From assembly GCA_965112735.1 (NCBI GenBank), contig OZ218960.1:372001-436000 (forward strand): a DNA stretch of 64,000 bases, read 5' to 3'. Shown one piece after another: positions 36,931 through 54,181 of this stretch; positions within the stretch are counted from its first letter, which is position 1, and the number at the start of each line of letters is the position of its first letter. The translations under genes were made by a program, and so were the position numbers. This DNA is from Phaeosaccion multiseriatum. Lineage: Eukaryota; Protista; Ochrophyta, other classes. The notes under the pieces were generated by a model. The model made no database searches. It was not told the DNA's origin and saw only the letters and a program-made list of their open reading frames with translations.

Positions 36931-38489
36931 ATGGCGTCTTTCCTGTCCCCTGGCGAAATTCTACGGCTCCGCTTCCTCCGCCTCTTACCCTCGAGTTGCG
37001 ATTTAGGATCTAGCCTGGCCATCACCATTGGTCTTACGGACGAGGCAGGGAGGTTTCTTGAGCCCCACCAGCCATACTTGGTGCGCGTACGGTGCACCGT
37101 TCGGAGTGACAACGAAAGCCACGGTCATGCCCCAAGATCTCGGTCGATGGCAGCAACTAGAGGAGTGGCAGGAGGGCCTACATGTCTAGAATCAGAGCTT
37201 GCTAAAGTGGTGGCCACGGGAGATATTCTTCCCTATCGAAACCAGTGCATCCTCCGCCTACAGCTCCCTGAGGAAGGGGTTGTGCGGGAAGGAGCGCCAC
37301 TCCATGTAGTGGTGTCCGCGACGGCGTCCCTGCCCCTGCCACCACCCTCTGAGTGTGATGGCGCGAGAGAAGAAGGGGTGAGAGGAACAGCACCATCTCC
37401 TCCTCCCCGTCCTCCTCCTCCTCCTCCTCCTCCTCCTCCTCCACGTGGGCAAGGTTGGGGCCCCACAAATTGGGCTTCGGGTGGGGGTGAAGAGAAGCAT
37501 GTGTGGGTTGTGGGCTTGACTTCGGCTCCAATTACAGCCAACCGCCGCCAGGGGAGGATGGAGAAAGGCGAAGGATGTGGTTCTTCCAACCACCCTCTGT
37601 ACTGCCTGAGAAGCTTTTCGTTTGGGCAGGCCGCGACAGAGGCGATACGAGGTTGCCAAGTTTTGGAAGACGGTGACCGTGACGGGATAGAGCGTCAACA
37701 TCATCATGATCAGCAGCAGCATCAGCTGGGATGGGGGGCGGAGGAGGAGGAGGAGGAGGGTAGAAGGCCGTGCGCGGTGGGTGTGACGACGCCGGGGAAG
37801 AAGGACGACAACAGGACAGGAGCGCCAAGGGTCTTGACACCTGCCACCAGCATCCTCATTCGGGAAGAGTTCGGGGCGGGCATTGGGGCTCACGTGTGGG
37901 ACAGTGGCATCTTCCTGGCCCAGTACCTGTGCGAGCAACAGCAGTTGGTGATACAGCAGCATTGCACCGGGGGGCAAGGGGGGGAGAAAGCGAGCACTCC
38001 TCGAGTGCCGAGCTTGTTGGAAGAGTTCGGCAGCGGTATGTCCGGGCTTCACTGTCTGGAGCTCGGCAGCGGCTGTGGACTGACCGGCATCCTCGCAGCC
38101 GCACTGGGTGAGTGAGTGCCATCGAGTGCCATCGAGTGCCAAGCGATTGGTGTAATGTCATACGGCGGATTGTTCGATCGATCGTAGACTCTGTCTCTCA
38201 CACACACATGCACTCCCTCTCTCTCTCTCTCTTTCTTTCTGCTCCTGCTGGTGCTAACTGTGCCAGGCGCGAGGGTCATTCTCACCGAGAGAGAGAGCCA
38301 CCTCGAGCTGCTCCGGAGAAACGTTGAAGCCAACCAGGTAAAAAGCACATGGGTATAAAGAGAGTAGCGTAGAGGTATACGGCAGAGTGAGTGAGTAGTG
38401 AAATGTACAGGTGCGTTGTTTGGGTGCAATTGTCTAATCATCCCCCGTAAGCCCACGCGTGCACCGCACCCACTCACCCCGCACACACA

Positions 38490-38536
<47 letters not shown>

Positions 38537-39511
38537 CACACACTCCACACTCGCGCTCACACGCCGTCATAGGAGGTGATTGCCGCCGGGGGTGGTGCTG
38601 CAGTGGCCATCTCTCTGCCCTGGGGTGAGCATCCTGATGCCTGCATGGCGAGGTTAAGGACAGCAGCAAGCCAGCTGAGGAGGCAACAGAGACAGGCATC
38701 CTCGCCAATGCGTGTGCGGCCGAGGAGTGGTGGACATGTTGGTGGTGGTGGAGGTGCAGGAGCGTTATCGCCATCTGCTGAAGCTGCTAAAGCACCAACT
38801 ACTGCTGCTACTGCCGCCAAGGATGGGGCAAAGGAGCAGCAGCAGCAGCAGCAGCAGGAGCAGGAGGAGGAGGAGGGAGAGGAGGAGGATGTGCCTTTCA
38901 ACCTGATCATGGGAGCAGATGTCCTCTACTCAGTCGGGGAGGTCCCTGCCTTGCTTGACACGCTGGACACCGCTTGCGCCTTTGGCCGTTCCCAAGTGCA
39001 GCACTTGGTGATACAGCAGCAGCGGAAATGCGGTGCAACCAAGCGGTGTCCGCAGGAGCAGCGAGGAGGAGACGTAGAAGGAGGAGGAGGAGGAAGGGGG
39101 GAGAGGGGAGAAGGCGGAGGAGGAGGAGACATAGGAGCCGGTGGTGCTATCGTGGTGGTGGCTCAAAAGCAGAGGGGCGAAGGGGAGGGGACCAAGGCGT
39201 TTGGGGAGAGACTCAGGCAGAGAACGGCAGGGGCAGGGGCACGGGAGAGAGAAGCACGGGTAGATGTAGGAACAGCGACTGACACAGAGACAGGGGTAGA
39301 GACAGAGACAAAGACAGAAACAGAAAGAGAAACAGAATCAGAAACAGAAACAGAGACAGAGACAGAAATAGAGACAGAGACAGGGGTGTGGGCGTCGGTT
39401 GGGCCTCGTGAAACGGTTGGGTATCCGTCGATGTTCTTGACTGACTCGCTCACGAAGGTGTGGGACTCTGTGGCTGGGGTGCAGCTCTGGGCTCTGCGGG
39501 GGAGGAGATAG
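36931..39511 (+). CDS. METTL21/EEF1A-KMT-family protein lysine methyltransferase (Methyltransf_16-like)
   Basis: Exons 36931-38107, 38267-38337, 38573-39511. Motifs GIGAHVWDSGIFLA, CLELGSGCGLTGI, VILTE..LLRRNV, LPWG, LIMGADVLY. Confidence 0.88.
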
Positions 39512-40133
39512 GAGAGAGCTGGGTTTCAGTTTGTTTGGCCACCACGGTGCGTACGTGTCTCCCTCCCTATTTACATATTATATGTATGTTATATATAATA
39601 CATTGTATGTTATTTATGTATTTACATATTATCGTATATATACCGATGGAGACATGGGGAAGGAAGTGATCTCCCCCCTGCCCCATGCCCCCTCTCCCGC
39701 TCCTTCTATTTTTTGGCGTTTGGCCACGGCTTGTGTAAAATAAAAAGAAAAAACAAAAAAAGCACCAAAGAAAATGCGGGGTGTGTGTGTTTGTGCGCGT
39801 GTGTTTTGTTCTTTTCTTTGTAGCTGTTTCCTTTAAGACAAATAAACCAATGAACCACCCCAACGACTGCCGGAAGAGAAGAGCTCGCCGTCGTGAGGTC
39901 AACGACTTGAAAGAGACAGAGGGGGGCGGGGAGAGCAACGCAACGCAAAGTAAAGCAAAGGAAGCGGTGGTGCCGCTCTCCTTTTTTATTTATATTTTAA
40001 TTAAAAAAACTAATTAAAATTATACTACGTAGTAGTACGTAGTAAATAAGGAAGGAAGGAAACATCAAGGCATATACGTGTCAATTGCTCGAGCTCAGCC
40101 CCTCCTCTCCTCTCCTCTCATCTCATCAGCTCC

Positions 40134-40620
40134 TCACTGGGACAGGGCGGGAAATTGCCGTAGCTCCTCCTCCCCCTCCTTCTTCTCCCCCTCCTCCTCC
40201 TCCTCCTCCACCACAACCACCGCCCCTGCCCCATAGTCAGCTCTAGCCTCAATCCCAGCCCAGCCGAGCCCACCTCCCGTGCCGATGACGTTCTCTCCCC
40301 AACCAGTCAGTTGGTCCATATCCACCTGCCCCTGATGTCCCATTGCTGTCCAGTCTGCTTCCGGAGGGGGCAAACCTGCAAGCTTCTTCCCTCTGGCCCA
40401 GTACTGAGGAAACCTGGGTTGAGTCGAAAAGAAACGCCACAACTTGTCGTAACTGAAGCACTTGAGATGGGTCAGGAGGTCGCTGGTGACCCCCCCCCCC
40501 CCCCGGAGTGGACGAGCGGCACCATACGCCTGTACATGTGACATGTGTGTTCCATTTGAGGACTCCCCTGTGTGGTGTGTGGAAGAGTGTGGGTGGGTAT
40601 GTGGGTATGTAAGGGCATGT

Positions 40621-40682
<62 letters not shown>

Positions 40683-40768
40683 ATGGGGGGGGTGATACGG
40701 GTGGGTGGGTGAGTGTGGGAGGGAGGAAGTGCCTGCCACCTCCACCTTCCCTTCCAAACGTACACCGA

Positions 40769-40811
<43 letters not shown>

Positions 40812-42498
40812 ATATATATATATAAGTATATATATAAGGAGAGCAAGACAAGCCTGGCAAGCCTCCCTCCCCCTCTTGGCTTGGCTACTCGGTTCTGCCC
40901 ATCCACCCACCACCCACCGCACCCATTCACTCCCCCACCCATGACATACTGCTGTATCCACCCACCCACCCGTCCACCCACCCATTGACATACTATACCA
41001 CCCACTCACCTGGTGCCTGCCCAGTCTGATCATTTTGGCGCACATTCTGGGCTGGGTTTCCTCCTTGGGAGTGAATATGCGTGCAGGCAGCACGTACAGG
41101 CCCCAGGGGGTGATGTGCACCACCTTTACATACGGAATAGATCCCCACGTATCACAGATGACATGTATCGCAGACAGAGAGAGAGAGGTGAAGATGAGTG
41201 AGAGATTCCTACCTATCCACCTCCCTCCCTCCCTCCCTCCCTCCCTCCCTCCCCACCACCTAACCAGAAGAATTTGATACGGGGATGTCTTGATTGAAAG
41301 ACAATTTGTGATGCGATGAAACCGAAACCCCCACCCCTCCTACATATATATAACACTTTCATTCCTATTAAGTCAACAATAACCCTCCTAACACCTTCCT
41401 TCCCCTCACCTTCATGCCGTAATACTGCGCCACCCGTGCGAGGTATATCTCCGGACAGCCAATGTTCTTGACATCTGTGAGCTTGTTGTAGTGAAGGTAG
41501 AAGGAGTCGAAGAGCCCCCTGAGGAGATTGATGCCGGCTTCACGCCCCATGAACTGAAACTTGTCGTTGATGCCGCCGTGAGAGTTGCAACCTTTTGAGA
41601 GAGAGAGGGAGAGAGAAAGGGGGGGACGGAGAGGGGGGAGGAAGGGAGAGAGCTAGGAGTGTGAGAGAGAGAAGCAGAGAGAAGACAAGAACAAAACGAA
41701 AGTCGAGCAACACACGGCATAGAGGAGTCTAATAACAGCCCACCAGCGCTGCTCCACGCCCATACGCCTTTTACTTAATACCCCGTCAAGCAAGCTCTGT
41801 CCCTGCGCTCACACAGCTCTGCTGCTCTTCCTTCCTTACGAGCACCAAGGCCAGCGCCAAGGCACCCGCTCCCCGCCTCCCCACCCTTTCTCTCTCCCCT
41901 CTTTCCCACCCCATACATCAATAGATACATGGATACGCATCGATCCAAAAACACACCCCCCCTTGACAGCTGGCCGCACCTGGAGCCACAAGGGTGTGGG
42001 GTCCCCACTCCTCCACCAAGTCACTAAGCTCAACCGCGTTGATGCGGTCTATTGCCATGATGTCGTCCCTGGTGCGAATGATCACATCGTAGGGCCTTCC
42101 CAAGTCGATCTCCCTCTCCACAAGCCAATCCCCACACTTGCGAGCAGCTACAAACGTCCTCACGTGGTTTTGGACCCTCTTGCGGGCCTCGATTTCCCCA
42201 TGTCGACCTTCTCGATACAGCGTTTCGAAGTACTGCTCGTTTACAACCACATCCTCGGGCTGGCTGAAGCTCACCACCTCCACCCGATCCAATCGGGCTT
42301 CGCTGTGACTCGCTTCGGTAGCAAAGGCCTTCTGCAGTTCCTCGGTGGACTGGAAGAGCATTTTGATCTCCTCCCGGGGAGGGGCCGCGTTTGTGAACCT
42401 GATATTTTCACTGTGGGTATAGGGACCGGCGGAGGGAGGGCGGGAGGGAGAGGGTGAGGCACGTGGGCTCAAAATGACACACACACACACACACACGC

Positions 42499-42541
<43 letters not shown>

Positions 42542-43776
42542 CACACACACGCACACACACACGCACACACACACACGCACAAGCAGAGAGAAGTGTGTTT
42601 GCCCAACACAGCACAGTGTTCAGTTTTCAGTTTTCAGTCGACGTGACCTTGGTCAATATCGAATACCGAACCCGTACATGGACTGATATCGACGCTTCTG
42701 TACATAGCAGGTGTGTGCTCGGATAAGCAAGTGAGTCGACACAAATGCACACATAAGATGAGTACGGACCTTTCTGTGTTGGCGTCTACGACAATTACGA
42801 TGTCGATAGCATCGTACACGCCGTACAAAGGTCGGATGATGTTGGCGAGCTTCAGATTGAGCTCGAACCTCGCTAGCTGCCCGGTCAGGCATATTCCCAC
42901 CCTCCGTCTGTTGCGGCTTCCACCACCACCACCGCCGCCGCCGCCGCCGCCGCCGCCCCCCCCCTCTCCTCCTCCTCCCTCTCCGTCGGTCCCATTGATC
43001 GGTACTTCCTGCCACGAAGGAATGGCCATCTCCCAAATCTGCCTCGGGTCGGGTGGCAGGATCACCTTCGGCCGCATCCACTTCGGCAGCTGCATCACTG
43101 TCAGTGTCGCGTTCTGCTGTTGTGCCACCAACTGCTTCTCCTCCTGCTGTTGTTCCTCCGCGGCCACCTGTAGCTCCCTTCGGAGTTCTCCTCTCTCGTC
43201 TCCTCCTCCTCCTCTCCCTTCTACCCCTCCTCCTCTCCCTTCTACCCCTCCTTCTCTCTCTTCTGCTGCTCCTTCTCTCTCTTCTATTCCTCCTCCTCTC
43301 TCTTCTACTCCTTCTCCTCCTCCTCCTCCTCTCCCTCCTCCTCCTCCTCCTCTTCCTCCTCCGTATTCACCTCTATCTCGTAGATGTGGTACGCTCCGTC
43401 CTGCTACTGCTGTTGCGGCCGTCCTCTCGAGAGCTGTCTCACCCATCCTCTCCTCACTCTTTTTCTGTTCTTGCCCCCGTTCCCGGCCGTCAGCGCCGCG
43501 GTCCTCAGCTCGAGCCGAAGCCAAAAACCCGCCCTCACGATGAGGGACCAGTGCAAATAGCATGATTCCCACCACAAGGAGTACGCGGGGCGGGCGGTGG
43601 CGACGGCATTGTGGGGCTGGGGTGGTTGGGGGTACCATTTGTGTACGTGTTCGTCTCATTTCCACTTCACTGGACTTCTCTCCAGCAGGAGCAGCAGCAG
43701 CAACAACAGCAGGAGGAGGAGAAGAAGAGGAGCGCACCCTCTTACACCCACATCTACGTACGTCCCCTCTCTTCAT
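40134..43776 (-). CDS. Type II membrane putative glycosyltransferase-like protein
   Basis: Signal anchor [13 protein letters not shown]; motifs [38 protein letters not shown] over about 5 exons. Start codon uncertain. Confidence 0.7.
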
Positions 43777-44032
43777 TCTTGTGCGTGAGCTGGGAAATCC
43801 TGCACAACATACATACACCCTAAAGTGCCATTTCAGCAGGCCAGGCGTTTTTTGGTTTTTTGACCCACATACCTGCCTGTGAGTCGAATTTTCCACGGAG
43901 GCCCAACTGCCCCATCTGGTTGCTTGGAATATTTTCGGGAGTTGAAGATCAAGACTTTATCCTCTCTCTCTCTCTCTCTCAGGCTCTCTTCCGCGGACAG
44001 AGTTCACGCAGGAAGTAGGAGGGGGAAAGAAG

Positions 44033-45665
44033 ATGGCCCCTGTCTCGATCCGCACGCTCCTCCCCCTATTCTTGCTGGCACAGCCCTCTTCATCCTTTCT
44101 TCCTTCCTCAGTGCTTCTCCTCCCAAAGCAGCAACAATCACAACTTGCGGGATTTACAGGGGGGCTTCGCCACCGATGCAGCGTAGCCCGCAAGGGATCG
44201 GTATCAAGCGACGATGGAGGCAGGAATGGGGGAGGAGCAGGAGGGGGTAAGGGTAAGGGGGCGGAAGATCGCGCGTGGGCAGGAGGCGGGCCGCCCGCGG
44301 AGCCCACAGTGCTTGAGACGAGCCCTGAGGAAGTGTTGGACTATGTGACGGAGCAGGGCATCAGCGCTGCCACTCATTTCTGGATGGAGCTCAGAGGTGA
44401 CGGGGGGGGGGGTGAGAAAGACAGAGGGAGAGAGAGAAAGAGAGAGAGACAGAGGGCCAGCCTTACATCTACCCCTCCATTCCATTCCCTCACTATCTCC
44501 CCAGTCGAAGACGTCTACTTCCACTTACAACAGACCGCTCTTACACCCCGTAATGACTAACCACTGAACTATCCCCACCCCTACATCCCCCGTACTGCTG
44601 ATCCTTTCATCCTTATGCTTCAGGCAACATGTATGTCGAGTGGCTGGACAGAGTCAAGGAGGGTGGGGTCAGCGTCGAAGACCTCGGCTGGAAGGGCTTT
44701 CTTTGGTCAGCGCTCAACCAGCCCCTCGAGGAGATTGTTGTCAAGAAACTTGTCAAGTTCCCCAGGGGGGGCAGTGGCACCAATCCATACCTCAAAGCTC
44801 GCCAGGTGAGTGAGTGAGTGAGTGAGTGAGTGATTGAGTGAGTGAGTGGGTGAGTGAGTTTGTGAGTGGGTGAGTGGGTGAGTGAGTGAGTGAGTCAGTC
44901 AGCGAGGCGAGAGGGAGGCAATGGGTGAGTGGGAGAGGGAGTGAGTGAGTGAGTGAGGGAGGGAGGGAGTTGCGAGGCCCACTCACTCTCTTCACTCCCT
45001 CATTTAATTTAAAATTAAGTAATAGAGTTCCCCCCAGCTTTGTCTTGCCCATACACCTGACCCCGCCCTGTCTTGCCTCGCCCCTATACCCGGTCCCGCC
45101 TTGTCCGTGTCCACTGCCATCAACTACCATCCACTGCCATCCTCCCAGCCCGTGTCCTTTACGGAAGTGCTGGATCCCAAAGTTGTTGTGCAGCGTCTCA
45201 TGGAAGTGCGATCGCAAGTGGCCAGCGAACTCATCGAGGTACGTGAGTATGGTTGGGCGTGGTGGGGGGTGGTTGGGTGTGTGTCATTGGGCGTGTGTTG
45301 TAGCAGCCGCAGCAGAGAAGAAGAAGGAGGAGAGGAGGAGGAGGAGGAGGAGGAGGAGGAGGAGGAGGAAGAAGCAGAAGAAGAGGAGGAGCAGTAGGAG
45401 GAGGAGGAGGAGGAGGAGGAGGAGGAGGAGGAGGAGGAGGAGGAGGAAGAAGCAGAAGAAGAGGAGGAGCAGTAGGAAGAGCAGAAGCAGCAGGAGGAGG
45501 AAGCTTTCTCACAAGGGTAGTGCTTGCTCTCGCCTTTGGGTGCCTCTCCCGTTGTCACCCCTCTTCTTCTGACGCACCCACCACCGGTCTGTCCGAACAC
45601 ACCTAACCAACTTCTATCTGCCGCCCTGCTCTCTCTCTCTCTCTTTTATCTGCCGTCCTGCTCGG

Positions 45666-45697
<32 letters not shown>

Positions 45698-48014
45698 CGT
45701 GCGTGTGTGTGTATCTATGACTACCATCCCACTCTCTCTCTCTCTCTCTCTCTCTCTGATTTCTCCATTGACTACACCCCCTCCCTGCTACCCTCGCTCC
45801 GCAGGATCTGTCGAACGTGGCCCGAGAGAATGAGCTTCTTCAGACATACTTGAAACGAGCGTTGGAGACCCCCAGCGAGGCCAGAAGGTACGTAAGCATC
45901 ATCTTACCTGTGCCTAGTCAAAGCGTTTAATGGACTTACTGACTGACTCACTGGCTAGTTAAATGACTGTCTTGCGGACTGATATAGACACTTGTGAGTG
46001 AGTGAATGCGTGACTGAGTGACTGATTGACTGAGTGACGGACTGACTTACGGACTGATACTGACCACCTTGACTGACTGAGTGATACTGATTATCTTGAC
46101 GACGGAGTGACTGAGAGACTGACTGACTAGCTCGGATTACTGAATGGATGACTGACTGACCGCTGTACGGACTGGTACTGACTATCTTGTGTGACTGAGT
46201 GAGTGAGTGAGTAAGTGAGTGACTGAGAGACCGAATGAAAAGTCACTTCAGCAGCTGCCTGCATGAGTAGTGAAGCCGAGGAGTGAAGCCGTGCTTCCAG
46301 AGAGCGCTCTGTTAGGCATCCCCACACATCCGCGACGCTTCTCTCCCATAATCTCTCTCCATCTTTTTCTCTCTTGATCTCCCTCTCCATCTCTTTCTCT
46401 CCATCTCTCTCTCCATCTCTCTCTCTCATCTCTCTCATATCACTCTTCCTCTCTCCCTTTCCTCCCCGCTCATCACACCCCCTCACTCTTCCCTTTCTCC
46501 CTCTCTCTGCACTCTCCCCCCCCCCTCTCTCTGCATCTCTCTCTCTCCCTGCATCCCCCCCCCCCTCTCTCTCTCCGCTCTGTCTCTCTCTCTCTCCGTA
46601 TGTGACGCTCCCTGTGGACTGCTTCTTGGCAGGCTGCGATTGGCTCAGTACACCCCCACCATTGAAGACGGAACCCCTGCCCGTTACGAGACGTACGAGA
46701 GGTGAGTGAGGAAACAGATCACATCCAAAGAGCGCATGGAAGTATGTCGAGAGGGGCCCTTGAGCCTTAAGCAACCATCTTGTCTGGGCACACCACGGTC
46801 TGATTAAGCTTGCTCCCCCTCCTCCTCCTCCTCCTCCTCCTCCTCCTCCTCCTCCTCCTCCTCCTCCTCCTCCTCCTCCTCCTCCTCCTCCTCCTCCTCC
46901 TCCTCCTCCTCCTCCTTCTCCTCCTCCTCCTCCTCCTCCTCCTCCCCCTACTCCTTCTCCTCTCATTGCGTCACAAATGGGACAGCATGCTGAAGAAGAT
47001 TACCAACACGGCTCTTGCCAACCTCGAGATTCGCCTCAAACAGAGGGGAGATAAACACATCCTCAGATGGCTGGGTAGATTCGACCCAGCGCAGTTACAG
47101 GGCAGGTGCGTACGGGTAGCTGGGGGAGCGCATCCAGGCTTTGTATCTGTCGGACTCGCTGCCTCACTGACTCACACCCATGTAGACATTCACAGCGTCT
47201 CGCTCTCTCTCCCTTCTTAACTCACTCACTCACCCGCTCTTCTACTCACCTATGCTCTCTCTCTCGCACTCTAAACTCACCCACTGTCTCACTCACCCAC
47301 TTCCTCACTCCCTGACCCACTCACTCATGCACTCCCTCCCTCACTCCCTCTGCACTCACTCACTCACTCACTCCCTCATTCACTCACTCCCTCACCCATC
47401 GCCCACCGCCCGAGATCTCCCACTGCGAGTTAACACGCGTTATGCCTCCCACGTTACTTGTTACGTTGCTTTTTCAGCGGCAACGAACTTGTGGAGGCGT
47501 TAATGACACGCAAGCAAACCACCGTGAACGACATGCCCATCGAGCCTGTCAAGGTGAGTCTGTGTCGTGGCCTCTTCTACCCTCCTTTGCCCGCCACCCC
47601 CGTCAGCACCCCCCTCTCCACTCCTTCTACCCTCCTTCACGCTCCACCCCACCGCCCCGCCCCCGTCCCGAAGTTGGCTCTGGCATAGGCGAGCGCGAAC
47701 AAACAGCCCAATACACGAAGCCATGGCTGTTTATGGGAGCTAACCTCTCAACCCCCCTCTTTCTACCAATCTAAACTGTAACGCCCTCTCTCCTGCCTTC
47801 CTCTCTGCGTGCATGTGCGTGCGTGCGTGCGTGCGTGCGTCCGTGGGTGCGTGCATGTGCGTGCGTGCGTGCTCAGGTGGCGGCAGAGCTGATGAAGCTT
47901 CGTGAAGTGGTGGCGGCCAGAATGATCTTTGAGCTCGAGAACGTTCCGGAGCACCACGAGCGGATCTACGCAGCGCTGAGGAAGAGGGAGGGAGGGGCCG
48001 CTCCGACGGCATAA
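44033..48014 (+). CDS. Probable plastid-targeted protein with two tandem RbcX-like helical domains
   Basis: Exons 44033-44396, 44624-44805, 45149-45238, 45805-45887, 46633-46701, 46986-47105, 47478-47553, 47877-48014 join in frame. Presequence MAPVSIRTLLPLFLLAQPSSS-FLP. Repeats YVTEQGI..E..WL..RLMEVRSQVA and ITNTAL..WLGRF..EALM..LMKLREVVA. Confidence 0.75.
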
Positions 48015-48254
48015 GGATAAAGCTTTATGTCACCTCATCAGTATCGAACACCATGAATGGAATCGATCCAGGCTAGGTGGGAGGGGTAAACTCTTTTTTT
48101 CTCTTCCTTTCCCTTTCACTGTATTGTCTGAAATTGTCTCATCTGTATGTGTGAGTGTATTATATGCACCCTTTGGTGCCATCTGTATGTGTGCCGTAGT
48201 GCGGTGTTCAGTGCGGACAGTCAGAGAACCACTTTCGGGTACGGCCTTGGGGGC

Positions 48255-48692
48255 TACCTACCTACCCACCTACCTACCTACCTACCTACCTACCTACCTA
48301 CCTACCTACCTACCTACCTACCTACCTACCTACCTACCTACCTACCTACCTACCCACCTACCTACCCACCTACCTACCTACCCACCTACCTACCTACCCA
48401 CCTACCTACCTACCCACCTACCTACCCATCCACCTACCTACCCACCCACCTACCCACCTACCTACCCACCTACTTTCCTACCTACCTACCTACCCACCTA
48501 TGTACCTACCTACCCACCTACCTACCTACCTACCTACCTACCTACCTACCTACCTACCTACCTCCCTACCTACTACCTACCTACCTACCTACCTACCCAC
48601 CTACCTACCTACCTACCTACCTATCCACCTATGTACCTACGTATCTACCTACGTACCTACCGACTTACCTACCTTCCCTCCTGTCTTCCCAC
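48255..48692. repeat. (TACC)n tetranucleotide tract
   Basis: About 430 bp tract between convergent genes. Confidence 0.97.
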
Positions 48693-49259
48693 CTAGGGAG
48701 GCACCCGCGAAGTTAACTCACTCGACCTCTGCGAGAGAAAAAAGAGAGAAGCAAGAGAAGAAACGTGCTGTGCAATTGCATCCCCAGGATTTCCAAGTAC
48801 ATTCATTTTGTTTAGTTCTTACGTCTTTTATCCACGCCCGATCTTCAAGTTTTTTTTGCAGTATAAATAATACATAATATATATACACATATATATATAC
48901 ATATATATATTTTTTTCTTTCACATCCATATTGTACTCATAAACGTAAATCACAAGGCAGAGAACAATAACAGGTGGAGCAGGAGCAGAGCAGAGCAGAG
49001 GCATATGGGCAGAGCAGAGCAGAGGCAAACGTGCACCGCATACGACGTATGGGCAGAGCAGAGCAGAGGCATATGGGCAGAGCAGAGCAGAGGGCATATG
49101 GGCAGAGCAGAGCAGAGTAGAGCAGAGCAGAGCCAAGCGATCGATCGCTCACATCATTGCTTTTGAGGCCTGCCTCATCTCATTCCCTCCACTAGCCCCC
49201 ACCCCTGGGGGGCCTGCTTACCCCCCTCCGCCCCCCCTGGAGCCCTGGTCATCATGACG

Positions 49260-52937
<3,678 letters not shown>

Positions 52938-53040
52938 TTGCTTGTGCTGTTGCCCTCCCCTCCCCTTTTTTTTTACTTTTACTGAATTGAAGTAGCGAGC
53001 CCTCGCTTGCTGCTGAGTGAAGCCACTGAACGCGTAGCAA

Positions 53041-53124
53041 TCCGTCAAGACACGACCATGATGCGTCCAGTCCGCCAAGACACGACTATGATGCGTCCTA
53101 GTCCGCCAAGTACGACCAAGGATG
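53041..53124. repeat. About 30-bp tandem repeat (3 copies) upstream of the kinase
   Basis: TCCGYCAAGACACGACYATGATGCGTCC units at 53041, 53071 and 53102 (degenerate). Confidence 0.85.
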
Positions 53125-53212
53125 AACTGTGGAGGAGGGGGAGGAGAAACAACGTAACCTTACGTAACCGTAGGGAACATTGACCCTTTTCCCTTCCCCC
53201 CCTTCTTCGACC

Positions 53213-53898
53213 CTAGGCCTCCACTTCGAGGCGAAGAAGGACAGGCCTCCATTGCTCGGCGAAGCAAGTGGGGAGCGTGCTCGCGTCTTGCTGTAAAGCA
53301 AGGGGGAAGGCTGACACAATGTCTTCGAGCGGTACAAAGAGAAGCCGACCGCCCACGTCGAGGACTGAAAGGACCGGTGCTCGAGATGGCAGTGTGGCCA
53401 GCGATAGCGGCAGTAGCGATGGGGAAGGGAGCCAGAGACCCCACAGAAAGCGCGGCCGGTCCATGCGAAGCGCAAGCAGAGAAAGCAACACCAGCGCAGG
53501 CGGGGATGCATCTTCCAGGCGAGGAGCAAATCGAAGGTGCGATACGCGAGAGAGAGGGGAGGGGAGAGGGGATGCTATGCTCCTGTCCCTTTTGCAGCAG
53601 CTGCTTCTGCTCCTCGTTCTCGCCTTTCTGGTCCACCTTTTTCGGGGATGCTGTAGGGCAAGTAGTCTCCTCTCTCTCTGTTGGGCCTAGCCAGCGCTCC
53701 CTCTCCACCTGCTGACACGCCCTGCTGATGCATGCTCCTTCCTCCTCCAGGTACCTAGCCAGCAGCGGCGGCGACCATGCCTCTGCCAGCCCCGCCCGGC
53801 TCACAAGATCCATGACGAGGAGCATGAGCCCGGTGCCCACCGCTGGAAGTGCCGCTGCTGCTGGCAAGAGAGCCCGGAGCGCAGTAGCAGGCAGATCC

Positions 53899-53952
<54 letters not shown>

Positions 53953-54018
53953 GTGCACGAGTAGATCGAGTAACGTGCGGAGGAGAAGGAAGGCGACGCA
54001 GCCAACCGAGGGAAGCAT
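53213..54018 (-). CDS. Possible uncharacterised gene
   Basis: Protein-like segments LLVMDLVSRAGLAEAWSPPLLARYLEEE and LSVLDVGGRLLFVPLEDIVSAFP lie in different frames; exon structure not resolved. Confidence 0.3.
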
Positions 54019-54181
54019 GATCGGTGCTGATTGCCTGTGTTGTGGGGGTTGGTTGTGCGTAGGTGACATCCCTCTTTAAGCCGCGTCTTGTATCTGAATC
54101 AACTCTTCGACCCCCACGCCCCCGACCTCCCTCCTTCCCCTTCCTTGCTACGATAGGAGCCCTGCGAGAGGCACTAGCCCG

